This document shows positions 23,148 through 34,282 of a DNA stretch of 37,842 nt, piece after piece. How positions within the stretch are numbered: position 1 is the first letter of the stretch; each line of letters opens with the position of its first letter. The notes under the pieces are model-generated. The model worked only from the letters and a program-made list of their open reading frames with translations, was not told the DNA's origin and ran no database searches. This stretch comes from Catajapyx aquilonaris (Eukaryota). The position numbers and the translations under genes are program-made. Location of the stretch: the NCBI GenBank assembly GCA_000934665.2, contig JYFJ02003766.1:1-37842 (forward strand). Reading direction: 5' to 3'.

Positions 23148-24082
23148 GGGGTAGATTCACAAAAGAGCGCAAAAAGATACAACGTCGCAAGTTCAGTTCA
23201 CTTTTTCGCCACTGGAGGGGTGGCACTGCGAGTGGGATTCACAAAGCAGCGCAACTACTTACAACCGGGCGGATCTCTACGCCTGCTCGGGAGGAGGTGT
23301 AAGCGGGAGACGTGACATGGCTCCTATTTGGACCGGAGCTAGAAGTCGAAGACAGACCTCACCCAGCCTTTCCCCAGATAATCCGGGATTGCATGTGGAC
23401 CCCCCCGTTACATGCTGGCCATGGGTAGGCCTACTCAGGGCGCAAAATCCGGCCGACGCGACAACACTTGCTGCCTGCAGACGACGAGGGGTAAATCACT
23501 CGTCAAGTCTGTTGTACAGTAAGCACCAAGTCCGGCTTTTTGCAAGTCCATTGTACGCTCAACTTCTGAGTGATTTACCCCTCGGCACAGACAAAGCAAC
23601 AGTTTCGGCCACCTTTTCCTGACTGCCCTGCCAATAGCTTATTTGGTTAGCTCGGGTATGGAGTGGGAATAGGGGAATGTGTCAAAGTCCGGTTTGCCCC
23701 TAGACAATCCGGCGGCAGCCTTGAGCGGGGGTAGCCCCATCCTCAATAAACTAGTTGGTCTCCCTTTTTATTTTCAGCCGAGTGCCACAATTTTCAGGTA
23801 TTCCACCAAAGATGATAACTCTTTCCAAGCTCTTTCCCACCTTCCCTTAGTATCTTTGCCTTCCACTAGGTTGGCGCTAGGATGGGTTCGGGTGGCCGTA
23901 TAACAATGCATGACACGTGACTTTTACACTTGTGCCCCCCTTACACAGAGTGCTGCGCCGCTTTGTGAATCACTTTACACCTCTGGAGATACTCTTCTTA
24001 AATCAGTTGCAAGGGGAGCGTAAAGATACGAAATGTAAACCACTTACGCCCTTAAATTTGCACTCTTTTGTGAATCTACCCG
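23148..24082. mobile_element. Harbinger-type element with CAG TSD
   Basis: CAG|GGGGTAGATTCACAAAAGAGCGCAAA ... TTTGCACTCTTTTGTGAATCTACCCG|CAG; contains a small hairpin element at 23486-23583. Confidence 0.75.
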
Positions 24083-25271
24083 CAGAGGGCTGCAGGAGTT
24101 ACATGGAAAATGCAGTAATTTTAATCTTAATCGTTCTAGTAATGATGAGGCTCAATATTTTGATTTGCATTTCCCCCTAAAAAGTAATATTCTGTGAAAT
24201 TGACAAGGTTGGTATTTTAGCGTCCCATTCTACACTGTGCAAAAAGTATTGCACAATCCTTGCTTTCATCATGTGCCATTTTTAAGTGAACTGTGGTTAC
24301 ACTTAATTGCAGTAAAAGTGGGTGTTTCACCATGTAGTAGTATGCAACCCGTAGCCCTGCCCTTATCCCTGATCAACTCTGTGTACGTTTGCCGGAGGTA
24401 GACTCCATATCTTGAAAGCCAAGAGGCCTATATCATCCAATCTGTAACTCATCTGGAGCTGGAGCACCATCTGATTGAGAGTTAAGAATGCAAAGGGATG
24501 ATACTGTGGGTCTGTGGCTCAATGGATGTGGTCAAATGTGCTACGCAAACTTCAAAGACCTTCTGGGTCATATCAAGGCTAATCACAGACCTACTTACAC
24601 CTTATAAGTGAAAATATAAAATGGAGTCTGTACGATTGAGCTTCCCTAATCGAATTGGGAAAGGCTGGGGGGAGTGAGCAAACCAGTGCTCCGCATTAGT
24701 CAGAAGCTAACTGTAAGATGAACATTGCTGTAAAAGTTACGACAGCTCAGCAACTCCTGCAGCCCCTTGAAGAACAACAATGTTGCCAACATTTGGACCC
24801 TGTGTCCCATGCACTTTTCTAATTCTAGATTTCATTTTTCTATTAGCACCATAATGTACCTTTTCCAATGAAAATCTGTGTCCAGAGTAACACCAGTGTC
24901 CTCCAGATTTCTTTTGACCCCCCCCCCNCCCGCCCCCCCATTCACATGGTTTTTTAAAATGTCAATGTTATCAGAAAAAACGTGATCAGAAATGATAGCT
25001 CCTCAACTCAACTGTTTAAACACGCAAAAAACATGTCTCCCCATGTTTTCGGGGCCGCTGATTTCGAATTTTAGGTTATTTTGAACCCATGTGCATCTGT
25101 AAAAGCTCCCGTATGTGCCCATCCACCGTGTTCAGAGATACTACGTGAACTGTCGCCTCCTCCCAGTGACCAACCGTTGTATATCAGCAGACCCCCTCCA
25201 AAACGGTCAAGTGGTATTTGTACGACCCCTAAAATGATCAGACTACAAATAGAGCTGCTTTAAAAACTTAC

Positions 25272-25385
25272 GCGAGCTACAGCCTTGTTGTAGCCATTTC
25301 CAAGAGCAAAACGCCGAAGCTTGTACAAGGAACGGCGAGGGCCAGCCTTCATGGTGATGCGCTTGCGGGACTTTGCTGGATGACG
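25272..25385 (-). CDS. RPL28: RPL28 coding exon 3 (RHPAKSRKRITMKAGPRRSLYKLRRFALGNGYNKAVAR)
   Basis: tcacAG acceptor after a 57-nt intron, GTAAGT donor; 114 nt in frame. Confidence 0.97.
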
Positions 25386-25442
25386 CTGTGAAATGACCAA
25401 TGCAGTAATTCTAATGTGTCGTTGCCTCTATTAATGGCTTAC

Positions 25443-25571
25443 CTGTCCCTTTGACCTCTTATCCACAACGACGAAGCCTTTCTTGTCAGCTGCAGGTTCA
25501 ACAGCCAACACTCGCTTGTGGATCAACCCATTGTACCAAAATGAGTTCAAGTTGCGGAGGTTTCCTGGTTC
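25443..25571 (-). CDS. RPL28: RPL28 coding exon 2 ([43 protein letters not shown])
   Basis: Contains the eL28 EPxNL..NSF.YNGLIHK motif; ttttAG acceptor, GTAAGC donor; 129 nt, phase 0/0. Confidence 0.98.
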
Positions 25572-25695
25572 CTAAAATAAAATAACATTAATGTAACAAT
25601 TCAATAGTATTAATGTCATCGTCATCATCATCATCACAGCGTTTTCCCAACAAATTTGGGATTGCCAGTGGATAATGAGGAGTATGTCCTTGCTA

Positions 25696-27964
25696 CCATA
25701 GAATGGGGTGACTTAGGATGCTTTTTGGCAGTTTCTAAGCTGTCCTACGAAGACATATTGATGGAAAATTATAAATAAATTACCTTAGACAGTACGAAAC
25801 TTCCTTTATTGAAGACGATAAAAGAGTCATTCATATAAGAGCTGTTTTTTGATGTTATGTTAAAATAAATCATATTTGCTGTCCGGAGTCACCTGGCTAG
25901 GTGCGGTGTCTTCGGACGCCCCTTTATTTCATGTTGTAGGATGAGCATGAGACCACTCATTAATGGCTCAGCCTCAGACATGTATTCAAGTTTTAAAAAC
26001 TCACAAAGAGCACCTCCAAACAAATGATGTTGGTACGGTAGAGGTACTTACTGTATCCCACAAGGGGCATATTTTATACAACAAATATGAACACTTGCAT
26101 TGGTATGTTCATTCCACATGAGCTTTCATTGACGTCACTAAAAATATAATACCTTCTGTGAAGGTCTCTGAGCTTCTCCAATTTGCGAAATTACCTGGGA
26201 CTGCACTACAAGACATTCATCATCAACATCGGGACACCTAGGTGTCCATATGTCAGTGGTTTCCAACCTTTTACCAACTGCGACCCCCTAAACATGTTTC
26301 CTTAAATGCGCGACCTCCCACCCCACCCCACCCTTCCTCGGCCCCTCCTCCAACTGCCCCCTTTCCAGAAAACATACACTCTGTAGGCCGCAAAAATTGT
26401 TCAATTGACACGGAAATAGCAAAAATAAAAGTTTAACCAATGCTCGCGTCCCCCGGTTGGAAACCACTGTGAAAAAAGCATATTTTAGATGTTTCTTGAT
26501 GCCCACTCAGCTTAGCGGAGTAGCCCATTACGGAGTTATTTTCCTCTTCAAAAATAAATACAGGTTTCCCTCCGTGTCTTTGCATGTTTGTTTCAGATCA
26601 TGTCCAAAATGGTGCTGCATGGGACCTGGTCCTTTTTTGCTTATTTTTTGCTGCCCTGATATAAATAACTTTGCATTTCTCATAGTGTGCAACCCATCAA
26701 GGTTCTCAGTCCTGCATGTAGTGTTGGTAAGACCTCCCCCCCTACAACTCTGACGTACTTCCTCCCCATGTCCGAAGTCATCACAACAAATTACAGAAAG
26801 ATACAAAACTTATCGTGTTTACAACCCGAATTTTTATTCCAACCAATATTCTGGGACGAAGGAGAGGAGTCGTGACACTACTCTCCGAAGACTATAAGAG
26901 TGAACCTTAAACGTACAAAAGAAATGGCCCGTTTCGGAAATACGCTGTAGAGTAAAATTTTTTGATTGATCTGTACCTGCTTTCGTTGCCAGATCGGGGT
27001 GTTTTACCTGGTGGAATTTGGCGCCTGTAGGGACGTGTTTTGAGCCCCTACACTTGAACCATTATAAGTATCCTGCTTGAATGGACCATTTACCACTTCA
27101 TGCTATCGAAACTGATAATAATTTTAAAAGAATGCAAGGACAGGATTAAAAGCTGCGAAGAATTTCCGTGTCTGGCCACCTTTACGGCGATGTCCTCCGC
27201 CTGAAAAATTAGTCCAGTTTATCTCGCTCATTACTGAAGCTGCAGTGGTAATACAAGTAATTAAGATGTTAATTTAGCATCACCGAACCATTAGCAACAA
27301 AAGCAACCGGACGCTGAGAACCTGCACCATGTTGAGGTTCCTCCCTCCCCCTTTTTTCCCCCGGTGCCGGCGACCATGATGGAATATGAACAATCTGGTC
27401 ATTCTGCTGCCGGACCTTACCGCATGAGTTCCTCATCCACTGATCTCCCGTGCCTACCGAGTCGTTTCCCTGTCCACACAGCCTCCAATCGTGTTCCAAT
27501 CACTAGCGCGAACCCTAACTGCCTCATTTCCCACGCTGTTACCCTTGTGTCCTTATTTCCCGCCGTGCCTCGCACTGACTGACTGTTCTTATGGAGAACA
27601 ACTGAGTACTACTTTCAGGGCAGATCACAGCCCGGCCTTCGGCGGGAGGATGGGCCAAGAAGTCCACTCTTATGGTCGTCAGACAATACAAATCGGCTGT
27701 GTTCCAGTTTACCTCCGTGCAGTAGGGAAGTGCAGGCACCAGTTACTTTAACACATATCCCAATGTACGTCATTTTTTAGTCAGGAAAAGCAAGTGTGTA
27801 AAAAGTACTCCCAATGTGAATCTGGCATGCTCATGTTGTGTTCTGCAGCTCTCGAACCCAATCTGTCCAACATCCTTGACAAACAGCTTCCACACTGACC
27901 CAAGCAAAGAAAAGTGAGAACGTCCGATTTCACACCACGTGTCTGAAGTCACCCCATTCTACGG
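25696..27964. mobile_element. pogo-like non-autonomous element filling most of RPL28 intron 2
   Basis: TA|CCATAGAATGGGGTGACTT ... AAGTCACCCCATTCTACGG|TA; includes a hAT-like MITE at 26254-26469 (CAGTGGTTTCCAACC TIRs). Confidence 0.7.
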
Positions 27965-28055
27965 TACCATCGCATCACCAAATACAAAAAATTCTGGCAA
28001 CTGGTCAGGTACTCGCAGAGTATTAATACTTAATATTCAAAAACAAGCTGCATAC

Positions 28056-28142
28056 TGTGCTGAAGTGCTTCTTGGTGTGAGGCTTCTTCAGCAAGAAGGC
28101 GTTGTTGTTGCGGATGATTTGCCACAAGACAGCTGACGACAT
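28056..28142 (-). CDS. RPL28: 60S ribosomal protein L28, coding exon 1 (MSSAVLWQIIRNNNAFLLKKPHTKKHFST)
   Basis: Hand translation matches the eL28 N-terminus. Exon starts after tttcAG (28157-28158), with 14 nt of UTR before the ATG. GT donor at 28055-28054, phase 0. Confidence 0.97.
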
Positions 28143-28627
28143 GTTCGCTTCTGGACCTGAAATATCAATCATATTAAAAATCACAGATGAAGAGGTTCAG
28201 TGCTAAACAAGAAACAAAAGGATCATCCCGAAGATTGATTTCATGGTGTACCACAATAAGTTTTAGTGATTGTTGTTGCTAATGATGTTAGATTAACAAT
28301 TGAAAACTGTTTTTAAATATCCCTGATTGGAGTAGCGAAACTGTGCTTGAAAGTTAAGAATTTGCAAGTTTTCACATTCAAAATGGCAACAGGAGCTATA
28401 AACCTTCTAGAATTTGAAGTTGTATGAGAGTGGTAGCTTGTGGCAAAGTTTTTTTTTGCTGTAAATTCACTATAATTGACGTTACATAGTCAAATCCATG
28501 CTCGCTTCACGCTGGATGCACATTGTGATCATGCCTCATTTGAGCTATTAAAATTATCATTATTGAACAATGTGAGTCTGAAAAATTGACACCAGCCATT
28601 GCCATAGAAATCGAAATTAAAATTATA

Positions 28628-29190
28628 CAAGGGGCGTTTGGAAAGTCTTTACATGTTATTTTTTTTGCCACAAATATAGGGCCCATGCAGGTCGGCAGAT
28701 AGGCACACATTATCAATAGAACCCTCCTGGAGCCGAATGCACAGGAGCCATGGGTGTGGCAACCTCTCCAGGCCTCCTGGAACCACTTTTTGGAGATGCG
28801 GCACACCTACTCTCGGACAACAACTCTCAACAATGTCATGCAACTGGCGTCAGCAAAGCTGTTTTTTTTCATGGACCTCGCTTTTGGTGCTTCCACATCC
28901 ACTGTACTCCCCGGCCTGGGCCCCAGGACTTTAACCTGTTTAGAGCCATGAAAGAACCCCTTCCCCTATGCCATTTCTAGGACATTGTTGAACAGGAAGC
29001 AGTTGTCCGGGAGTGGGTGCACTGCTCCTCCAAGGTGGTCCCTGGAGGGCCTGGAGAGGTTTCCGCACCTGTGCTGCTAGTGCATTCAGTTCCAGGCTTC
29101 TATTGATAATGTGTGCCTATCTGCCGACTGGCATGTGCCTTGTGCTTGTGGCAAAAAAATAAAGTGTAAAGACTTTCTGAACACCCCTCG
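28628..29190. mobile_element. Mariner foldback derived from the transposase 3' end
   Basis: TA|CAAGGGGCGTTTGGAAAGTCTTTACA ... TGTAAAGACTTTCTGAACACCCCTCG; the centre encodes LPHPLYSPAWAP/QDFNLFRAMKEPL (YSPDLAP-like). Confidence 0.82.
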
Positions 29191-29716
29191 TGTCAAATTC
29201 CTAGTACCTTCTGTGACCATTTTAAATGGGAAAAAGTTGCAAATTCTCAGCTTGCACACCCAGATTTTCCCTGTTCAGAGAATAGATATCTAAAAACATA
29301 TTTCACAGTATCATTTATTATTAGGAACAACTTACACCAAGGTGTATAGAGGGCCGGTGGCTCCTCTCCAGGCTTGTTTGTGCAGCCCGTCACCAAGGCA
29401 AAAGCGGGTTCAAATTTTCTCCGCCTAGACCTAAGGTCGACGCAAGTGCGCTCTGGCGGAGGTCCAGGCGTTGATAAATATGTTCACTTCTCTACTTTCA
29501 GTCTATGGTTCTAGGCCTGGTCAAGCGTCTGTGGTCTCAAAGATTAGAAAATAGAAGAGAGCCTATTCACTTTTTTTTGGGTGGTCGCCCTAATGTCGAT
29601 TGTCGCGCGCTCTGTCGGCAGATTTCTAAGCTGATTTCCCCTTCGAAAGGGGCCTCACGAATAAGCAGCTATTTCGGCCCAAGTGAAGGCACCGGAATAG
29701 CTGCACCGTGACTTAC

Positions 29717-29748
29717 ACTAAAAATTATCGAAACCAATGCCAGAAGAG
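29717..29748 (-). promoter_or_regulatory. Probable RPL28 non-coding exon 1 with TCT/5'TOP-like start
   Basis: Minus strand reads CTCTTCTGGCATTGGTTTCGATAATTTTTAGT|GTAAGT: pyrimidine start, consensus donor, followed by a CpG-rich tract (29350-29710). Confidence 0.55.
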
Positions 29749-29968
29749 ATTAACATTTGTGCTTTTTAGTGTTCCATTGAGTCTGGAAACAGGAAGGTAG
29801 TATTAGATATAGCCCTACAAAGGTACCTAACAATTACAATCAGATAAAAAGGTTCCCTCTTCAGCTTCTATCATTTGCACCCATGAAATGGTAATGTTCT
29901 TTGTAAATGTACAGATGACCTGACCAATGAACACAAAATCTACATGCTTTACTAGGGCAAATGCTTAA

Positions 29969-31529
29969 AGGGACACTCCACTCAGAATACAAGTTGGCCT
30001 CTAAAAATCAGGCAAGGAATCCTGATTCCGAGAATGCGATCCGTTTTTCTCTGAGGCGAACGGTAATGACAGGGGAAGATACGAAAGTCGGAATAAATTC
30101 GACTTCTGATCGAGCGTGGAGCCGCCCTCCTGACCCGCGGCCACAGGGGGAAGTTGGGTACTCGCCACCTGGCGGCTGCCTGAGGAAGTAGGCTTACCGA
30201 ATCACCAGCAGCGCGAGTTTGAAATGCAGTTCGGGGTCGGATATTTCTGGCTGCTGCCAATGCATATATGCAGCATATATGTTGTCACCGAGGTGTTACT
30301 TTCCGGACCTCGCCTTCGCTTGGTCCCTAATTGTTTACGGGTGGACTACATCTGTTGCTCCCGCATCAGATCCCCATGACTAAACGCCCGGAGGGAACGA
30401 TGACTGGAAGGCGACACATGTTTATGTTTAGCACTTCGGCAGCCTGGGGGTTTATCATTTCTGGCCTTCCAGTCCGGCATATCGAGGCGGGCTTGGAAGC
30501 AAGTAGCATCATGGGCAAGAAAGGCAAGGGTGGTGGCCCGTTCTGTGTAGTTTGTAAGCGCCATAAGAAACTATTCGAGCGAGTGACGTATTTCGCATTT
30601 CCTTGCAAACATCCGGATTTGATGCGGCAATAGCGAGAAGCCTTGAATTTGCCACCAACGTATACACCCAAGTCACATCATCAGGTTTGCACGGATCACT
30701 TTCACAGGCAGTCGCTATTTCCCTACAGACCGGAACAGAAGAGACGGAAACTAAAGCCTAATGCTGTACCAACACTGGAGGTAGGAATAATTTGGCACAG
30801 CGTCACCCCTGCGCGGCTCGAATTGATACGGGAGGATCCCATATGCGGACTGGGTCGGAGGCAGCCTCGAACTTCGGGGGTGGTATCTCCCTCGGCAGCC
30901 TCCATACCAGGTCGCGTACTGGTACCTGGTGTACACTCCTTTTCCATTACGGAACAGATTCGCTGGACCATTCGCTGGACTTCGCCATCTTGGAATAACC
31001 GCGACGCGGTTGAGAATAGCAGCTAAAGTGTGTTGGGGCCAGAAGATTGCTAATGGCACTATTGCGACTAAATTGGTGTATGCGGCCAATGCGGGAGCAA
31101 CAGATGTAGGCCTCCGGTAAACAATTAGGGGCCAAGCAAAGGCGAGGTCCGGAAAGTAACACCTCGGTGACAACATATATTATGCATTGGCAGCAGCCAG
31201 AAATATCCGACCCCGAACTGCATTTCAAACTCGCGCTGCTGGTGATTCGGTAAGCCTACTTCCTCAGGCAGCCGCCAGGTGGCCGGGGGTGGGGTCGCCG
31301 GGACTGGAGGGGCACCGGGGGTGGTGTCGCCGAGACTGGAGGGGCAGCGGGTCCGTGGCCGGGGGTGGTGGAGCCGAGACTGGAGGGGCAGGGGGTTTGC
31401 AGACGGCCTGCTTTGAGATTTATTTCGCGGATTACCGTTCGCCTCAGAGAAAAACGGATCGCATTCTCGGAATCAGGATTTTCTGCCTGATTTTTAGAGG
31501 CCAACTTGTATTTTGAGTGGAGTGTCCCT
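29969..31529. mobile_element. Kolobok-type non-autonomous transposon with THAP remnant
   Basis: TTAA|AGGGACACTCCACTC ... GAGTGGAGTGTCCCT|TTAA; bipartite TIRs totalling ~300 bp; THAP coding sequence in the centre. Confidence 0.85.
30511..30780 (+). pseudogene. THAP zinc-finger domain with one in-frame stop
   Basis: MGKKGKGGGPFCVVCKRH...YFAFPCKHPDLMRQ*REALNL...VCTDHF...RKLKPNAVPTL. TAG at 30631-30633 occupies the conserved Trp position. Confidence 0.9.
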
Positions 31530-33610
31530 TTAACACTGACTTCCCACTTAGGAGTGAACCATTACCATTTTCTGGGAGAAAAAAAAAAAAACTAACTAAA
31601 ACCAACCAGAGTTTGGCTTGGGAACAATTTTGGGGTTGTAGCATTTCAGTTATGTTAAAGTCACATGTTGTAGGAGGAATCATGCTTGCGCGATGCTTAG
31701 TTATGATCACTATACCAACTAAGAGTGAACTAGGCCAATGGGAAATAGTATTTGAAGCATTTACAGACCAGATTCCAAAACCACAATTTTTTCCCAGTCC
31801 GTGATCCTGGCACCATTTGTGTTAGTGCAGCTTTGGGGTGAGCACCTTGGGAGCACCTCTTGGCCCTACCAGGCATGAGCCACTGCATTTCTGAATGATT
31901 TTAGACGCATCCAGCAAGATGGGCACTTAATAGTATCTGCAACGTTACTGTCCACCTTGTGCACTTCAGATCAAGAAACATCATTATGGCATTGCCACTG
32001 GGTATGTCTAATTGCACCTGGACCAGGGACGTGGTAGTAGACAAGGCCATAATAACGTCTCTCAGCTTGTGGCACACACAATGGACAATAATGGTGCAAA
32101 CACAAACCCACAATTGGCAAATGCGATGGACCATGCCTAGGCCCAAAAAGATGGTCAGTAACAGTGTGCTCGCTCCAAAGTCACATGGATACACCAACAC
32201 AAATGGTGCCAGGACAAGACCTGAAAAAAATATCGTGTTGGAATCTTGCCACCAGGTCAGAAATATGTAAATGTTTCAAGTGCTATTTCCCATTGGCTTT
32301 TTCTCCCTAAAAATTGCCCTGGATAACTCTAAACAGTGCTTAACAATCTGCAGCAGGTAGCACCCAGGCTTTCTTCCTTGCAAATTTTCTGTAATGGCTA
32401 TGCTGCACGCATGCTACAACTCCGAAATCGACTGGTCAGTTCATCTGCACATTTACCATGCTGGCCCTAACTGCACATGAACCGGTGCATTCGTGGGCAC
32501 CAACTGCACATGTAAAACTCATCACTAGCTCCCATCTAACATGAACTAGCACGGTACTCCTACAACCCTACCACAACTGAACAGGCACACTTGAAAGACC
32601 CACACGCTGCAGTCACATCTAAACGCCTTACCTTCCGGTACGAAAATGCGGCTTTTGTGCAACCTTTACAAAATGTCCAAAATTGCCCTCCCTCCTTCCC
32701 ACCCGTGCCTCACAACATTCCTTACAATCTGGCAGAAGCAGTTCGGGTGCTGGCGCTATCCAGACGGACAAAAAAAAGCTGGAAAACTGCGGACCTTCTT
32801 ACCTACAACCCGGGCCTAGATACACGCCACGCCACTTCGGTAGCCAAAACGGAAGTGGAGTCGCATGAGGTTGCCAGAGGGCCTTCCTGTTCCACAATTT
32901 CAGAGTGAAAATAAACTTTTTACACAAATTCCATCAGTTTTATAAAAATTAAAATAATTATTTAGTATTTTATATTTGTTAACTACATTTATTAATCAAT
33001 TATTGAAAGTTCATGTTTGCTTTTTAGTTGAGGAAGCGTCTGCCATCTTGTGGTGAGAAAATACATTAAAGCCTCCAGCCATTTCCAGCTCTACGCAGCA
33101 GAGAGCAGTAGTTGTACTATTTGCCATATTTGGCCCACGATTTGGCCACTATCTCACAACTCACAAGTCCCAATGTGTATTTGGGATCGAGTTACAGGTA
33201 AATGCTATAGCTTTCTAAGGATATAGTTTGAGTATTGTGTAGATTTTTGCATGTGTGGGTGGTGAACTAGCTGTAGAAATTTTTTTATTTGTGTGAATAT
33301 GATTACCATTGTTGCAGCAATATGTTGGGGCTGTTTGTGGGATGGGGTCCACTGAAGTGCCATATGCAAGATGAACCTGCATCTGTTTGTAGCAAAAATG
33401 TTGCAAAGTCGTAATGAGAAGCCCTGAGCAATTTGAACATTACTTAGAAACTTTTAGTTAGGTGTGTGCATCGGTTGCATGTCAACAGCCGGCGTATGAT
33501 TCTAGCTTTGGCAGCTGTCTGTAGGAATTACTCGACCTACCTGGAATTCACTTTCAGACACTTTCCAATTTAACCTGAAACACACCGGACTCCTGTCCTG
33601 GGAAGAGTAA

Positions 33611-33772
33611 AGGCCATTTCACAAAAAAATGTCGCGCGGCAAACGGCGCGCGTTGCGGCAAATTTATTATTTTTATTTATTATTGCCAACAATTGGCAAC
33701 AATAAATATAAATAAAAAATTTGCCGCAACGCGCGCCGTTTGCCGCGCGACATTTTTTCTGTGAAATGACCT
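33611..33772. mobile_element. Harbinger-type palindromic MITE
   Basis: TAA|AGGCCATTTCACA ... TGTGAAATGACCT|TAA; near-perfect 162-bp hairpin. Confidence 0.88.
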
Positions 33773-34282
33773 TAATACTTCATTATCGTTAGGCCATGAA
33801 CTGTAGGTGACGCAGAAATGACACTATGAAGAATGCCTCAGTTTTGAATGGTTATAGGGACTTGCAGGACACAAAATAATGTGGGCACTACCAATGCATG
33901 CCTTCTATGATCAAGTCATTTGTAACAACATAGATTTGGAAGATGATGTGCTAATTTTAGATAGCATTGGTTCTGTGATTGCTTTCCCTGTGTACCACAA
34001 TAATTCTGTGGAATTTGTTGATAATAAGATTAAATGAAAAAGGAAGCTCAGGTTCAAAATATCTGTTCTCTGATTAATGAAAATCTGGGATGGAAAGTTG
34101 CTATACCGTATTTTCTGCATTTATAATGGCCACAGAAGACACTAGGAACTTGGTTTAATTTTTATGATAATAGTAGATAGATTTACAATTTTGTGAGTCT
34201 CATATTGTTCACTATAAAATTTATGCTCACTCAATGCACTATGTGGCAATCCCCTAAATGGGACATTTGAAATGGAGATGTA

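Noticed and set aside
30631..30633. Possible stop-codon readthrough or recoding in the THAP ORF
   Set aside because: A single G->A change from TGG in a non-autonomous TE is the simpler explanation, and I see no recoding signal.
31646..31710. Weak C/D snoRNA-like boxes on the minus strand (GTGATCA...CTGA)
   Set aside because: Non-consensus C box, no terminal stem, and no identifiable target.
31901..32270. ~100-aa overlapping ORFs on both strands
   Set aside because: No recognisable motif; more consistent with non-coding sequence.
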